64,000 nucleotides of DNA from Chrysomallon squamiferum (GCA_012295275.1 CM022678.1:5580001-5644000); one strand, 5' to 3'; shown: positions 13,451 to 29,863, counted from the first letter of the stretch. Notes: generated by a model from the sequence alone, not told the origin. Numbers and translations are program-made.

Positions 13451-13829
13451 AAGTATATTTCTATTTATGTTGTGCTCCATGATCTCACTGATGTAGTTCG
13501 GAGAGGGTTTGTAAATTTATATTTAGTTTAGCTAATTTGTTTTTCTTAATTTAATAAATTGAATGTTAGTTTGCTTTTAACGAAATTTTCCACAGTAGGC
13601 TAAATAAAAATTTTTATAACCATATATACATGTTAACCAATATTTAGTTATTCGCTACTATTACTACTGCTACTATTACTACAACTAGTACTACTACTAC
13701 TACTACTGTTATTACTACTACTACTACTACTACTACTACTATTTCTACTGCTATTTACTTTTTCTACTACTGTCACTTTGCCTTTATTATTACTATCATC
13801 GTTATCATTCTTATTAGTAAGATCATTGT

Positions 13830-14175
13830 GTAGTATTCACAAAGAATACACAGTGTATCAGTACTAGGGTAAAAAAGATACAGGAAGCAAAGCATTGACA
13901 TTAATTTTGTAAACGTCTTCAAACTGAGAGACACGTGATAAGATCTGATGAATAATACGAGTGATAATTTTCCAAGGGTTGCGTAAAAAACATCTTATCT
14001 GATATCTACATTTATGTCAGCACATCTCAGATTTGTTAATGTACGTAATGCGTAGGTGGAAGTAACGTTTTAGGGATGTTCTCTTTGTATATTAAATTGT
14101 GTGTGTGTGTTTGTCTGTGTGTGTGTGTCTGAATGTATGTGTGTGTGTCTGAATGTGTGTTTGTTTGTGTATGTC

Positions 14176-14264
<89 letters not shown>

Positions 14265-14375
14265 AGGTATGTAAGTATGTTTGGTTATCATTTGTCATAT
14301 CTGATGTGACTTTTTCTACTTTCCAACTTTTGTTCCAGGATTCTTTCCCTTTCTTATTCTTACTTTAATTAATTA
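13830..14375 (+). repeat. Non-coding block B' (copy of 9145-9715)
   Basis: Same shared strings as block B. Confidence 0.9.
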
Positions 14376-14388
14376 ATTTATTTATTTA

Positions 14389-14464
<76 letters not shown>

Positions 14465-14534
14465 TAAAAAAAAAAAAAAATTTATATATATATATATTTT
14501 TTGTTTTTTGTATTTTTCTCTCTGTCTTTTTTCT

Positions 14535-14596
<62 letters not shown>

Positions 14597-15354
14597 TTTA
14601 TATATATATATATATAAACAAAGACACTTATCAGTTTCTCTCTCTGTGTATATACCTTACAAACAAAAGCAAATACTTTGAACCTACACCAGAGTACAAT
14701 GCAAAGGCTCTACTTCATCATGGTAGAATTTCGTGATTGCAAAACCAGATTAATTCTTTTCCACCGTTCTGCTGTGGCGACGTGTGTCTGTGTAGAGTGG
14801 AGCTGACGTTATCTGTGTTCGCCTGAGTCCATCACTTTACATTAGACACACTCAGATGTGGTGAACGATAACAAGTGTTCAGCGTTTGTTTAGCGATCTA
14901 CATTTCTTTTTAGATCTCTTATTCTGTTTTCTTCATTTTTTTTTCTTTCTTTCTCTATTTATTTACATTTTTATTCTTTATTGTTTTGTTGTATTCTTAT
15001 TTTATATATATATATATATATATATAAACATATTTTAATGTCTTCATTGTGATGTGTTGCCGGTATACACGGTATGTCAAACAGCGACAGTGTAAGTTGA
15101 TTAAATTATGAAGAAAAATCAGTCATGTGGCACACGTTCAGAACATTAAGAGTCAAACGGCCGAGTTAAAGGGACGCAGTCGTGAATTTCTATACAATGT
15201 CAGAGAGAATAAAAGCAAGGTCTCTGTGTCTCTTTTCACGTTTGATTTACTCTGGAGGTCAAAGGTGTTACTGTATCAGAGTGAATCGATGTGCATCTCT
15301 CTGCTTAAATAGACTGAACGAATGATAGAGAAAGGGACAATAATGATATGAGTA

Positions 15355-15387
<33 letters not shown>

Positions 15388-16215
15388 CAGATAGATAGAG
15401 CAAGAGATGGAGAGACAAATAAAGAGATACAGAGAAAAAGATAAAGCAACAGAATAAAATAAAGTCATAGAGAAACACACAGACAGACAGACAGAAAGAC
15501 AGACAGGCAGATAATAACTTTACAACATTCCCGCAACTCTAATATTAACATCCCTTCAAGTCTCTTTGAGTTTGCAGCGAAAATAAATTCTTTACGACAT
15601 CGTCTTTGGCTATCGAATTACCCCAACACTACAACCTCCTGCTCGTTTGTCAAACAGCGGCATGGCAACACCTGTCCTTGACGGCTAACAGAAATTCCCC
15701 AACAATTAAATACGCGGTGAGCCTTTCAAGAATTCCATGTCGCGAGCTTCCAGTGAATCACTGCACGTGTCTTCAAAGGTCACAGTGTGTTTGCAGATCT
15801 GATTGGATGTGACAGGGACATGGCGCAATCGCCGTCAGCCAATTAAAAGCACACTTTAATAAACGCCGACAATCGGCGATCTCCGTAACAGCTCGTTGTC
15901 GAGCGCTGGCGAATTTTATCACGTGACGACCAGCGTAAACGTTTATTGGTAGTTTATCGGAGAAGACCGTTAACATGTTTTATTTGTGTCACATTGTTGT
16001 TTTTATGTTTTGCTGAGGGAGTGACAACAAAAGGAAATGTACCACAGACGCAATAAATTTAATCTTCTATTGAGATTTATATTTCCTCTTTAGTTAGATC
16101 TGTCTCTACGTTATTTGGCATGATAATATTCAATAAATGATTTAAAAGTTTTGTTATATTTACCTTTGTGAAACGCCTAGTAGCCGATATGTATATAGAT
16201 ATAGATACAAATATA

Positions 16216-16253
<38 letters not shown>

Positions 16254-17329
16254 CTTTATTTATTTCTTTATTTCTTTATTTATTATATTTATTTTTTTTT
16301 TATTTTTTTATTTTTTATTTTTTTGTTCTGGGGTGTCTTTAAACATTCATTCGTTCATTCATTTAAAAGATTTGGAGAAATGTTTGTAAAAACAATAATA
16401 TATACATAATTGTTGGGTTTTTTGTTTGTTTGTTGTTGTTTTTTTTTTTTTTTTTTTTTTTGTTGATCGTAATGTTAGTAACGAACATAATACATATATT
16501 TGCTGTCAGTATTTATATCTATAGATGAATGTTTACGTACTTACGTATATATTTATGTATGTATGTATGTATGTATGTATGTACGTAAGTATGTCTCTTG
16601 CGCTCTGGAACTCGTAAATATACAGAGAGAGAAATTTTATAGTTACGGAGTCTAAAGAGACAGAAAGACAGAGAAAGGGACAGAGAGAAATAGAATGAAA
16701 TGAAATGATAGAAGGATATAAATAAAGAAAAAAGTGAAAGACTGAGTGATCGAGAAGAAAATGTAAAATACGATCTACAAAATGACAGCATTCACAAACA
16801 GCATACGCTGTTTCATATTTGACAGATTAATATCAAAGAATGCTTAATAATTCATGCCTAACAAAATCCCTTCTTTAAATAAATCAATAAATAAAATAAA
16901 AAAATAAAAAAATAATAAAATAAAACAAAAATAAAATAAAAGTAAAGTAAACGAAGTGAAGTAAGTAAATAAGTAAGCAAATAAATAAAAACAAATTCAT
17001 AAAAATCTAAAATAAGGACGATTTATATAAGTATTCTTAAAAAAAAGCATACGACTTCTCAAGTAAAGTTATCATTTTGCAACTGAGAATAATGGTAGAT
17101 AATTCATATTAGCTTAAATCTGACAAAAATCATTTCAGATATAATAGTGTTTTTAAAAAGCAAATGCGTTTTCACATCTTATATCATTCTTGTCCGTCTG
17201 GTTATTCTTATATAACACAGAAGATTTCACATCTCACAAATTACATAAACAGTGTGTATGGTTCAGACCACTGACAACATTTTTTAATAATATACAAATT
17301 TTTACGAATGACAGCACATTTAAATAACC

Positions 17330-18190
17330 TATAGGATTTCACATCTGACAGTATTTTAAAATAAAATACGATTTATATCACAGTATTTTTACAATAACCT
17401 ATATATTTAAATCTGAACATATTTAAATAACAGACTTATTTATACATCTGACAGTATTTTAAATAAATATACGATTTCACATCTGATAGGATTTTTAAAT
17501 AAATATACAACTTACTTATGATTTTTTAAATAAAGTATCCAGTATTTTAAAATGAAGAGTATTATTAAATATACGATTTATACATTTGACAACCTTTTTA
17601 AATAAGATATATATTATTTCTTTCTACATCTGACAGTATTTTTGAAAATATAAATATTTAAATAACACATACATTTACATCTGACAGTATTTTAAAATAA
17701 CGTATCCGGTTTTCACATCTCACAGTATTTTAAATAAAATATACGATTTATACATCTGACAGTATTTTTAAATAACACATATACCACATCTGACAGTACT
17801 TTTTAACGAATATACGATTTACACATCTGACATTACTTTTAAATAACGAATATACGATTTACACATCTGACAGTATTTTAAATAACACATATACGATTTA
17901 CACATCTGACAGTACTTTTAAATAACACATATACGATTTACACATCTGACAGTACTTTTAAATAACACATATACGATTTACACATCTGACAGTACTTTTA
18001 AATAACACATATACGATTTACACATCTGACAGTATATTTAAATAACGCGTAATATGATTTATGCGTCTGGCACTATTTTTAAACAACATGCACGATTTAC
18101 ACATCTGACAGTATTTTTTAAACAACACATCTCATTTCACAACTGACAGTGATCTCAATAAAACACAACACATACGATTTCACACTGCGA
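17330..18190. repeat. ~40-bp minisatellite (atacgatttacacatctgacagtacttttaaataacacat)n
   Basis: Exact 40-bp periodicity at 17881-18033, with degenerate copies on both sides. Confidence 0.92.
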
Positions 18191-18974
18191 ACCCTAGATT
18201 GTAAATCATACACATCTCCAAACTTAGATAAGGTTTTTTTTTTTTTTTTTTTTTTACAAACTCTGCACCAGCTCGTATGTATTTTCAACCCACACAATTA
18301 TAATCTAGCGGCGCAGGAAACGAAAACGAGACTCGGGCACGTGGGTCGCGTGCTCAGGGAAAATGGCCGCGCCCCGGGGGTTTAATGTACATGCCGCAGA
18401 CATAATCAGTGTTTCATCTTTAGGGGTAAGAAAAAGAAGGAAAAAAAAAAAAAAAAAAAAAAAACGGAATGAGGAGTTTACTGATAAAATATTTTGTTTA
18501 AATTGCCTTTTTAGTTCTAAGCACGTGTTAAACTAATATTTTGACGTTTTGGTTTATTTTGTTTAAAGTTCTAGAGCTCGTGAGATGTCGCGATGCACGC
18601 GGAGTGCGCGCGCCGATTGGCGCACTTTTCTGTAATGAGGTTGCAGCAGATAACGTAAATTTTTCTTATCGTTTTGGGAATTTTTGTCATTTCTTCATAA
18701 ACACAAATTTCTTTTTTTTTTTTTTTCTTTCTCAATTTTCAGAAAGCTTTTTATACTTTGTTCTGTTTTAAATTTCTTGTATTTATTTATATTTGTTTTC
18801 GTATCTTGTTTGGATTTTTTCTTTTTTTTTTTTTTTTTTTTTCAATGACTGTGTCTTTTTCAGTTTTATTTCTTATTGTTTTGTTCTTGTTTTTGTTTGT
18901 TTTCAAGTTTTGTCTTTTCTTTTATTATCTCGAATTTTATTATGATTGGCGTGTTCTTTCTTTTTCTTCTTCTT

Positions 18975-19005
<31 letters not shown>

Positions 19006-19314
19006 TTATTATTATTATTATTATTATTTTTTTTTTTTTTTTTAATTATTATTATCATCATCATCATCTTTATCATCATTATGTTCCACATCATCAACAT
19101 CGTTGTTATTGTTTATTTATACAATTTTATTCTGCAGGTCATTTATCTTTTTCGTCATCTATTTTTTTCTACTTTTTTCTTTTTCAATTTCTTTCTCTTT
19201 TTTTTTTTTCTTTTTTTTTTTTTCTTCCTTATCTGAAACCAAATTAAGCATATCAGCAATTAAAATGTGCATGACCGTTTTCGACTTTTTTTCCTTTTCT
19301 TTCTTTTTCTTTTT

Positions 19315-19355
<41 letters not shown>

Positions 19356-19390
19356 TATGCCAACGAATCTGCTTCAATCTTTATGTCTTG

Positions 19391-19502
<112 letters not shown>

Positions 19503-19701
19503 GTGTGTGTGTGTTTTTCTGAAGAGAGAGAGAAAGAGAGAATGTGTCCACGTACAGGAGAAAAGTGCTCTAAGAAAGAAAGAACGAAAGAAAGAATAAT
19601 GAACGACAGAAAAAAGAAAGACAGAAAAGAGAAAAGTAAGATGTTATACACACATAGAGAATACATCATGTTATTCAATCACATGTATGAGAGAGAGAGA
19701 A

Positions 19702-19823
<122 letters not shown>

Positions 19824-20471
19824 ACACATAATCAGCGATGCAGAGAGATAAGAGAGAAACATAGAGAAAGAGAGACAAAAAAAAGAAGAAAGAAAGATAG
19901 AGAGATCGTTAAAATACTATCCCTCCCACGCACTACATAAATATGCGCATTGAGAAACCCAATCACCGCTGACACAGATCTCCGACACGAGACAAGATGT
20001 TTTACTTAAACGTCAGAAAGAGACACACAGACAAAGCCACAAATGAAATATGTGTGAGAATTCAATAACTAAAGAGTGCAGGTGCGGATCTACGATCTGA
20101 ACAGGGTTGTGGGGAGGAAATTCGACTGTAATTTTTAATTATTATTATTATTTTGTTTTCTTTAATATATTTTTACGCATAATATTATTATCCTAAAAGA
20201 GACAAAGATACGGTTTTTTGCTCATGAGATTTGTTATTTTACTGTAATATAATACAATACAATACAATACAATACAATACAGTGTAATATAATATAATGT
20301 AATATAATATACCATAATATATAATATAATGTAATACAATATGATATAATATAATACAGCATGAATATCTGTTATTGTAAACTGTTCTCTTATCATAATT
20401 ATATATGATAAATATCTTCTTTTTTTTATTACTAATTTTATTTTATTATTACTACTAATACTACTACTACA

Positions 20472-20535
<64 letters not shown>

Positions 20536-22462
20536 AATACAACATCAAAATATAACAAAACTACCAATACAAACAATTTCTTTGCCATAAAACGTTTTTC
20601 ATTCTTTTATTTTTTATTTTTTATTTTTTTTTTTTACCAGGTAATTAAAACAGTTGTTCCACTTTTATTACATTAAAAGTCAATGAAACATTAACCCTTT
20701 GTCAGCTACAGACCTCGAGTCGTCTGTAAAATGAATTAAAGGGAGTCACTAGTGACGTCATTTCGGATGCTGTTCCATTTGTTTAGAAGCTGTCAGAAGA
20801 AGAAGAAGAAGAAGAAGAAGAAGAAGAAGAAGAAGAAGAAGAAGAAGAAAGAAGAAGAAGAAGAAGAAGAAAGAAGAAGATATTTATAACTCTTCCAGAA
20901 AACAAACTATTTATTTGTCCATCCTCTGGAGGTAAGCAGGATCGAATATCGACAGGTACAGGCTCTGAAATGTCTGAACTGAGCTAGGGGAAATAAATAT
21001 TAACTTATTTTTTTTTGTTTCAACAGTTTTACGCACCAATAATATTAAGCACCAATAAATTAAGAACCAGTTACATAAATCTGTGTCTAACAAAAGATAT
21101 TTACACTTAAATACTTGAGACGAAAAAGATGAAAACGTTTTGGTTTACGAATCTCTCAACTCATTTCTTATACTCTGTTGTGTACGAATCTACGTCAGTT
21201 CGTACGTTTGTTTACGATTATGCAAATAATTAAAGCGGAAACTTTCAATCTCCACTTTTGTCAGACATCTTTTCATAACAGAAATAATGGATATTTGTGT
21301 ATAAGAGGAAATTAGCCATTGGAGGCATTTAGGGAAATTTATCCTACCAGCCTTTTAGTATCGATATTGGTTTCCAACCCTGGGCATTATACCCAACCCC
21401 TAATTTATTCATATTTATTTAATTAATTAATTTATTTATTTTTCATTATTATTATTATTATTGTTATTTTTATTTTTATTTTATTTTATTTTTTTTTTTT
21501 TTTTTTTTTTTAGTAGTTATTAGTAGTATTATTATTATTATTATTATTATTATTTATTATTTATTAGTAGTAGTAGTAGTAGTAGTACTACTAGTAGTAC
21601 TACTTTTATTTATTTATTTTCATTTATTTATTAATTCATTCATTCATTCATTCAATTATGTTTTAATTTTTTGTTTTGTTTTTGCCCCGTACAGGTAAAT
21701 GCATTTAACGTCTAAAGAAATCCATCTGATGAATCTTCAACATCCACGTTAACCAAATAAACTGTTTAATTACATCTCTGTGAGCTCGTAATAAAAATAT
21801 ATTACTTCTCCTTCGCAATCGCAACACTGACGGAAACACGTTTGTTACAATTATTGTTATAACGATTCAACACAGCAGACTACAATCACGAGACATGCGC
21901 AGTCACTTCGATAACAAACAACGTCATCTCAGAAACAATATATAACTAAATTTATCGCTATAATTATAACTTAAGGAATAAAAAAAAAAAAAAAAGATTT
22001 TTGTAAATTCCCTGTCTCTTGGTTCCCACCCTGATATCAAGAAATCTCGCCAGCGTTATCCCTTATCAACTAAACACACCGAAATAAAAAATAAAAAAAA
22101 TTTACATTTCCGGCGCTGAACGGTTCTGTTGTTCGGACCACGATATCGCTGTAGCGCGGACACGGACTGATTGGAATTAGGGTGACAAGTCGAGGTGATT
22201 AATTAGCCGTTCGCCGGTGACATTTCTGATCTGCTCGGCCCGTGAGTCAGTCCAGGGCAGGGCGGAGGTCAGTGGTTATCGGTAAAAACAATAGCGGTCA
22301 GCGGTTAGGTGACCGGTTAGGTGTGGTGGTCAAGGTATGAAACTGGAAAATGTCACAGAGTGTATTGTTGGGTTGCGCCTTTTGCCGTCTGTTTGCAGAC
22401 GTCTGATGTACCTGGTTAACCTTTTTCAGTGGGTAGCCGAGTTCAGAATGTCTTTCGTTTGC

Positions 22463-22493
<31 letters not shown>

Positions 22494-22673
22494 CTATAAT
22501 ATTCATTAATGTATTTATTGTATTATGTATGTATATAATGTTGGTTACTTGGTTATTTGTTTGATGGGTTTTTTTTATTTGAATACAACTGCTACCAAAT
22601 ATAATTAAATTAAATAAATAAATTATATTAATAATAACAATGATAAAGATGAACGTAATAATAATACTAACAC

Positions 22674-22761
<88 letters not shown>

Positions 22762-24052
22762 CAGCAACAGTAATAATAAAACTATAATCATAAGAAGAAA
22801 TATAAATAAATAACTATAAACAGTATCAAACAAAAATAATAAAACTGTAAAAAGATCATAAGAAGAAGAAGAAAATGAAGACATCACCATTATGGATCAA
22901 CAAAAATGTTGTTATTAACATTTAACACATAAACATAAATTACTTACCTACCTATTTATATACTTTCAAATATTCAGCTAAATCTGCTTAGAAACAAAAA
23001 CTTATAATTCCTTTCCGCATGGCATGAACCGCCGGAAACGTCGAAGCATTGTGACGTCATGAATGGGTATGACGTTTACTAACAATAGCAGTTTAAATGG
23101 AAAGGAAAAAATATATATATATATCGGAATAGTTTTTACGGTGAGTGGAAATTTAGACTTACCATTTTTACCTGAAGAAAGGTGAGCGACATTATAAACA
23201 AGATAAAATATGTAGTTTATTTTATAAATGTCAATTTTGAGTATACGATATACTAATTGAAATAATGTCTTTATTTTTATCTTCAATTAGGATATAGGAA
23301 CGTTAGGTATTTATTTATGTAGCATAGTAATACTACACATGTTAATACTACTAATAATAATCTTAATACTAATACTAATACTACTACTACTACTACTAAT
23401 AATAATAATACAAATACTAATATTACTATTACTAAACTAATATTATAATTACTAACGCTAATACTAATATTAATACTACTAATACTACTAATATTTGAAG
23501 TAATATTATTAATACTGAAAATAATGTTAATACTACTAATACAAATACTAATATTAATATTAATACTACTGGAAATTTCAGTAAGTTAAAAAAGACGACC
23601 AATTTTATTTTACATTCTTAGAGTAAAATTTAACTTTATTTTCAACAAAGTATGGTTACCACTAACAAAGAAAACCAAAAAAATATATTTATTTATTAGC
23701 ACACGAAATATATTTAATCTGTGTTTACATACAATTAATGGTAATATATAAATAACAGCTCAAAGCACATACTTGAATGATTTCCAGTGATCCTAAAAAT
23801 AACACAATAAATATATCTAGCATTTCGACAGTTTCCCCAAACCAGGCGCATTCTGAGAAATTAAATAATGTTTCACGCCTCGTTCAGGCAGTTTTATTTG
23901 TTGTTTCCCCGTGAAAACGATAAACCTTTAATCTTGAATGTCCCCGCTATCTGCTTGTTTTTCAGACCCTTGTCTTAACTTTTTATTTCTTCACTTTTGG
24001 ACGATGTTTAATGAGAATGTTTCTTTTTCTTTGGATATATATTTTTTGTAAT

Positions 24053-24209
<157 letters not shown>

Positions 24210-24446
24210 TATATATATCAAGCAGCCATTTAAAAACTAAAACACGTCAGTGAAGGATAAGATAAGTTTGGTCAGAAATGTAAATTGATGTTGACAAAAT
24301 AGATGACGTTCAGCGAGAATGTTATCAACATGGGAAGCTTTTTTTTTTCTTTTTTTTTTTTTTTTTTTTTTTTTTTGGTGGGTGGGGCTTTAAATTTCTT
24401 CTTCTTCGACTTTTTCTTTATTTCTTTCTCTTTTTTTATTTTATTT

Positions 24447-24487
<41 letters not shown>

Positions 24488-24627
24488 CGTCTTCATCTGG
24501 GTAGTGATTGGTGTACATCGCTTCTAAAAAAAAAAAAAAAAATAAAATAAAATAAAATAAAATAAAAATAATTATAAAAAAATAATTATAAAAAAATAAT
24601 AATAATCAAATATAATAATAATAATAA

Positions 24628-24658
<31 letters not shown>

Positions 24659-24671
24659 AAGAAGAAGAAGA

Positions 24672-24748
<77 letters not shown>

Positions 24749-24759
24749 TAATAAATACA

Positions 24760-24790
<31 letters not shown>

Positions 24791-25570
24791 ACACAAAATA
24801 AAATTCCAACATAAACTGTTCTTCTCTTTGGCATATGGTGCTAACACTGGTATTTCAAAAGACCAGGAATGAAATGTAGTAGAAAATTCTTTTGTATATA
24901 TATATATATGTGTGTGTGTGTGTACGCACATGTACATGTGTGCGTGGTGTGTAGGTGTGTATGCTTCAGATGCAGAAGGCTGGACAAATTTTCTCGTGTC
25001 TTTTACTTGGGTTATTTCCCGTTCTAACTACTGTGGTGCTTCTACTGAATCGCTTTTCTGTCTATAGTAGATTCCATTTAAAAAAAAAAATTAAAATTTC
25101 CTTTACGCTTGCATAACTTTTAGTATAATATTAATTTAATATTATTATAACACTAGCATTAAATTAATTTAAGATTACTATAAAACCTTTAAAGTCTATC
25201 TGTGTTGATACGAATATAAATCATCCAATAAAATTCTCTAATCTTCCAAGATAGTATTTTACTGTTGTTGTTTTTTTCTCTTCAAATTTGTCATCGCTTG
25301 AAACAAGATATGAAATAAGCCTGTTACAAAACTTCAGACTGCCGCCATTTTGACCTTCTCAGCTGGAGCCGTGACGTCATCGCGTAGATGGCGCCGTGAA
25401 TGTTGGTTTATTTTTGTCTTCGAGGTTGGAAGAAACCAAGGAAGATCGGGCTGCCCTGTACCTGATGACGTCACGACTAGAAAAGTAGCGAAGAGTCCAG
25501 ATATCTTTTAACTGTTTTGTTTTGCTGTGTATGATAAATCGTTGTTAATTAGTTACTGGACGTCAGTGAA

Positions 25571-25669
<99 letters not shown>

Positions 25670-25724
25670 GTAATAATAATAATAATTAAAAATTATAATA
25701 ATAAAATAATTAAAAAATAAATAA

Positions 25725-25760
<36 letters not shown>

Positions 25761-26134
25761 TAATATAATATACTATAATACGATAAAATAGAATATAATA
25801 TAACATAATATAATACAATATAACATAACATAATATACAATATAATTATAATGTTTCTTGGACTGACTCTTTGAAATATGTTCTTTTAAGTGTGTGTGTG
25901 TATATATGTATGTATGTATGTATGTATACAATTATATATGTATAAATATATAGACAGATAGATAGACACAGAGATAGATAGATAGATGGAAAGACAGACA
26001 GACAGAAATATCTCGGTAGGCAGATATCTGGTAGAAAAAAAACAACAAAAAAAAAAACAAAAAAAAACAACAAAAAAAAACAATCGTGTTACGAGATTTC
26101 GTTCCATCAGCACTTATTATTTAAACTTAATTCT

Positions 26135-26173
<39 letters not shown>

Positions 26174-26536
26174 TTTAAAATTTACATATCAACAGGAAAC
26201 GACAGTCATGTCTTTTCAAAAACTTGATCAAACATCTCCGTAACGATTCGGCCACTTACGTATAAAACTCTTCGTTAATAAGTGTTCTTATGTAGAGCAC
26301 TAGATTGGTACAGGCAGATAGCAAGTGTTTAAACTTAAGACAGGAAAAAAAATATATATATATACATATATATACATCAAAAAAAAGAGAAGGATTCCTC
26401 CCCCTCCATCCCACCCCCCCCCCCCCCCTTCCCTGCTATCAGGAAAGATGTCTGCGCGTGCTGATTACGTCCAGTGTTCGAGAGGATGTTCCGATTTCAT
26501 TGAGTAAAGTTAGGGTCATTCATAAATTTTAGGAAC

Positions 26537-26584
<48 letters not shown>

Positions 26585-27237
26585 CGACGAAAAAAATGTT
26601 GTTTAAAAGTTAGAGTAGATAAAGTAATATATGTCTTTGCGATAAGAGACTTAAAACACATTAAAAATCCTCCTCAAGTTTGCAAACTCTTGGGAAAATG
26701 TCGTAATAGTGGAAGATGGGGGAAAAAAAAAAAAAAGATTTTGAATATATACGTGTGCGTGTGCGTGTCTGCAAAAGAAATGACGAATTTTCGAGAAGAA
26801 AAAAAAGTGATGTACTTTAACACGCGTTACTTATTTTATATTATTTTTTTTTTACTAAAAGTTAAAAAAAATGTATTATAAAAAGTGACATGAAGATGTT
26901 ATCTCAAAACAAAAAAATATAACAAAATTGAAATAATAATAATAAAAATAATTTTTAAAAATTAATAGAGGAAATGTACTGAATTTAAAAGTCACCAGAT
27001 AAGTTTGGACTGAAATGAACGAAAGAACGAACGAATGAATGGATGAATAATGGTGAATGAATGAATGGATGGATGGATGAATGAATAAATGAATGAATAA
27101 AAGAATAATGAATATTGGTTTAACAATTCAAAACAGAAATTATGAAATTATTTTTTTATGAATATATCTACGTGAGTAATGGGGATACGAAAATGTTTAA
27201 ATGTAAGCATCCATGCTTCCCCACTGATTTCTTTATT

Positions 27238-27259
27238 AGTAGTAGTAGCAGTAGAAGTG

Positions 27260-27337
<78 letters not shown>

Positions 27338-27583
27338 AAAGTAGTAGTTGTAGTAGTAGTAGTTGTTGTAGTTGTAGTAGTAGTAGTAGTAGTTGTAGTT
27401 GTAGTAGTAGTAGTAGTTGTAGTTGTAGTAGTAGTTGTAATAGTAGTAGTAGTTGTAGTTGTAGTAGTAGTAGTTGTAGTAGTAGTTGTAATAGTAGTAG
27501 TAGTTGTAGTTGTAGTAGTAGTAGTAGTAGTAGTAGTAGTTGTAGTAGTAGTAGTAGTAGTAGCTGTAGTAGTAGTAGTAATA
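27238..27583. repeat. (AGT/TGT)n compound microsatellite
   Basis: Read directly from the sequence; explains the poly-S and poly-V ORFs. Confidence 0.97.
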
Positions 27584-28438
27584 GTGTGGTTGTTGTTCTG
27601 TCATATTCTGTTATTGACCAAGACTTATGTAATAAAATCATATGTTTAAAAAAATGAGAAACAATAAAAATAATCTAAATATATTTCCTGTACTTCCAAT
27701 GGTTTTGTTATTCGTTTTATGTTACAAAATTTAAAAAAACATTGTTCTTCAAAATGTTTCCGTATTTATGACGTCATAGCGTAAACAGCGGATATATTCG
27801 TTCTAAAGTTTCTCCAGTCCATTATGTACGTGATGACGTCACGACTTCACCTGTCAAAAAGGGTGAAAACGTGAAGTGAAAACCTTTTGTAAGAGTGCTA
27901 TTTATTATTGTGAAACTTTGTTATCAGCAAGGAAAGTTCCCCATCCACAAAACAGCAAAATTCCATTTACTACTGTAAACTATTAAACAAACCACAACAC
28001 CACCTGCATCCATTAAAAAGAAAAAAGAAAATCACAGCTCATAAGTAATAGAAAACATAAAAAAATTATTTCTATTATTATTACTACTTCATACTGTTAA
28101 GGTTTATGATTACAAAAAAGAAAAATATTGAAAGCATGCGAGTGAATACTTATAACCATTCATTTCGAAACAGCAAAACAAGGTACGTAAAAACATCCAA
28201 ATTAAAACATTAAAATCAAAAAAGAAAAAAAAAAAAAAAAAAGAAAGAATGAGAAAAGAAGAAAAAGTTAAAGTAATAATAATTATAATAATAATAATAG
28301 TAGTGGTGGTAGTAGTAGTAGTAATAGTAGTAGTAGTAGTAGTAGTAGTCGAAGTTGTAGTAATAATAGTCATAGGTATAGCAGCAGTATAGTAGTAGTA
28401 GTAGTACTAGTAGTAGTAGTAATAGTCATAGTAATAGC

Positions 28439-28484
<46 letters not shown>

Positions 28485-29360
28485 ATGTTGTTGCTGCTGC
28501 AGACAATGATGATGATGATAACGATAACAAGACAAACAAACAAACAAAAAACAACAACAAATAAACAAAACTATGACTCTAAAGTACATGTAACCTATTT
28601 AGGCCATTCATTGTTTCGTCGAAGTCAAGGAACAGTTACCACAGATTAGCATTGTCACTTAGCAACGCTGGTTAGCTCACTAAGTGGTCATCTTCGGTTG
28701 TTCTCGGTTCTTGACGGTTCTTCTCAGATTTGGTTTGCTTTACACATGTCGGAGGTAACTGGATTTTCGAGGCGCCAGATTTTTCGACTCCCCGCTTTGT
28801 CAATGAAATGTGGAGTGATGGGTTTTGTTTTCTCGTGTAAAAAAAAAAAAAAAAAAAAAAAGGGAAAAAAAAAAATAAAAAAAAAATGAAAAACAAAAGT
28901 ATGAGACGAAAAAAAAAAGATAAAATAATGGGAGAAAGAAGGAAAGAAAATGAAATAGAAACTGACATAGAAAGAGATATATATATTTTGTTAATACACT
29001 AATACATGGATATAGCATACATATGCACATGTATGCATATAAACATAAAAGATAAAGAGAGACAGACATACGTACACGCACGCACACACACACACAAATA
29101 ATTTCATATAAATTGCGTTTGTATATATATATTTTTGTTGCAAGGATTTGTAAGTATATATATGTGTGTGTGTGTGTGTGTGTTTCTGTCTCTCTCTTTC
29201 TCTCGCTCTTTATCTATCTATTCCTCTTTACATCATTGTCTATTCCTCTATTTCTCTGTGTCTCTTTTATATCACTCTTTCTGCCGTGTTATATATTTAT
29301 ATATGCACACACACATACATATATAGACAAATAAACACACACATACATACACATATTAAT

Positions 29361-29431
<71 letters not shown>

Positions 29432-29565
29432 CCTACATGGAGGTATAGCTCTCTCTCTCTTTTTGTCTTGAACACAATTTAAATTATCCATATAATTATA
29501 TTAACAAAATACAGTTAGGAGTAAGTCATGACGTTTAATCTGATTCACACGCACATACACACATA

Positions 29566-29639
<74 letters not shown>

Positions 29640-29651
29640 TATGCATATACA

Positions 29652-29682
<31 letters not shown>

Positions 29683-29863
29683 TTGTGTCTGTGTATGTAT
29701 GTGTGTGTGTGTATATATGCATATATATATTCTCGCAACTTGAGTTTACTTCAGTCCTGATTTAAAAATAAAATTCTGTTTGTTTCTCCAGAAGAGACGG
29801 CACACTTAACTGTCCCGAGGTATTGCCACTTCATCTGCAAACATCAGCACTCTGTTGGCTCTT

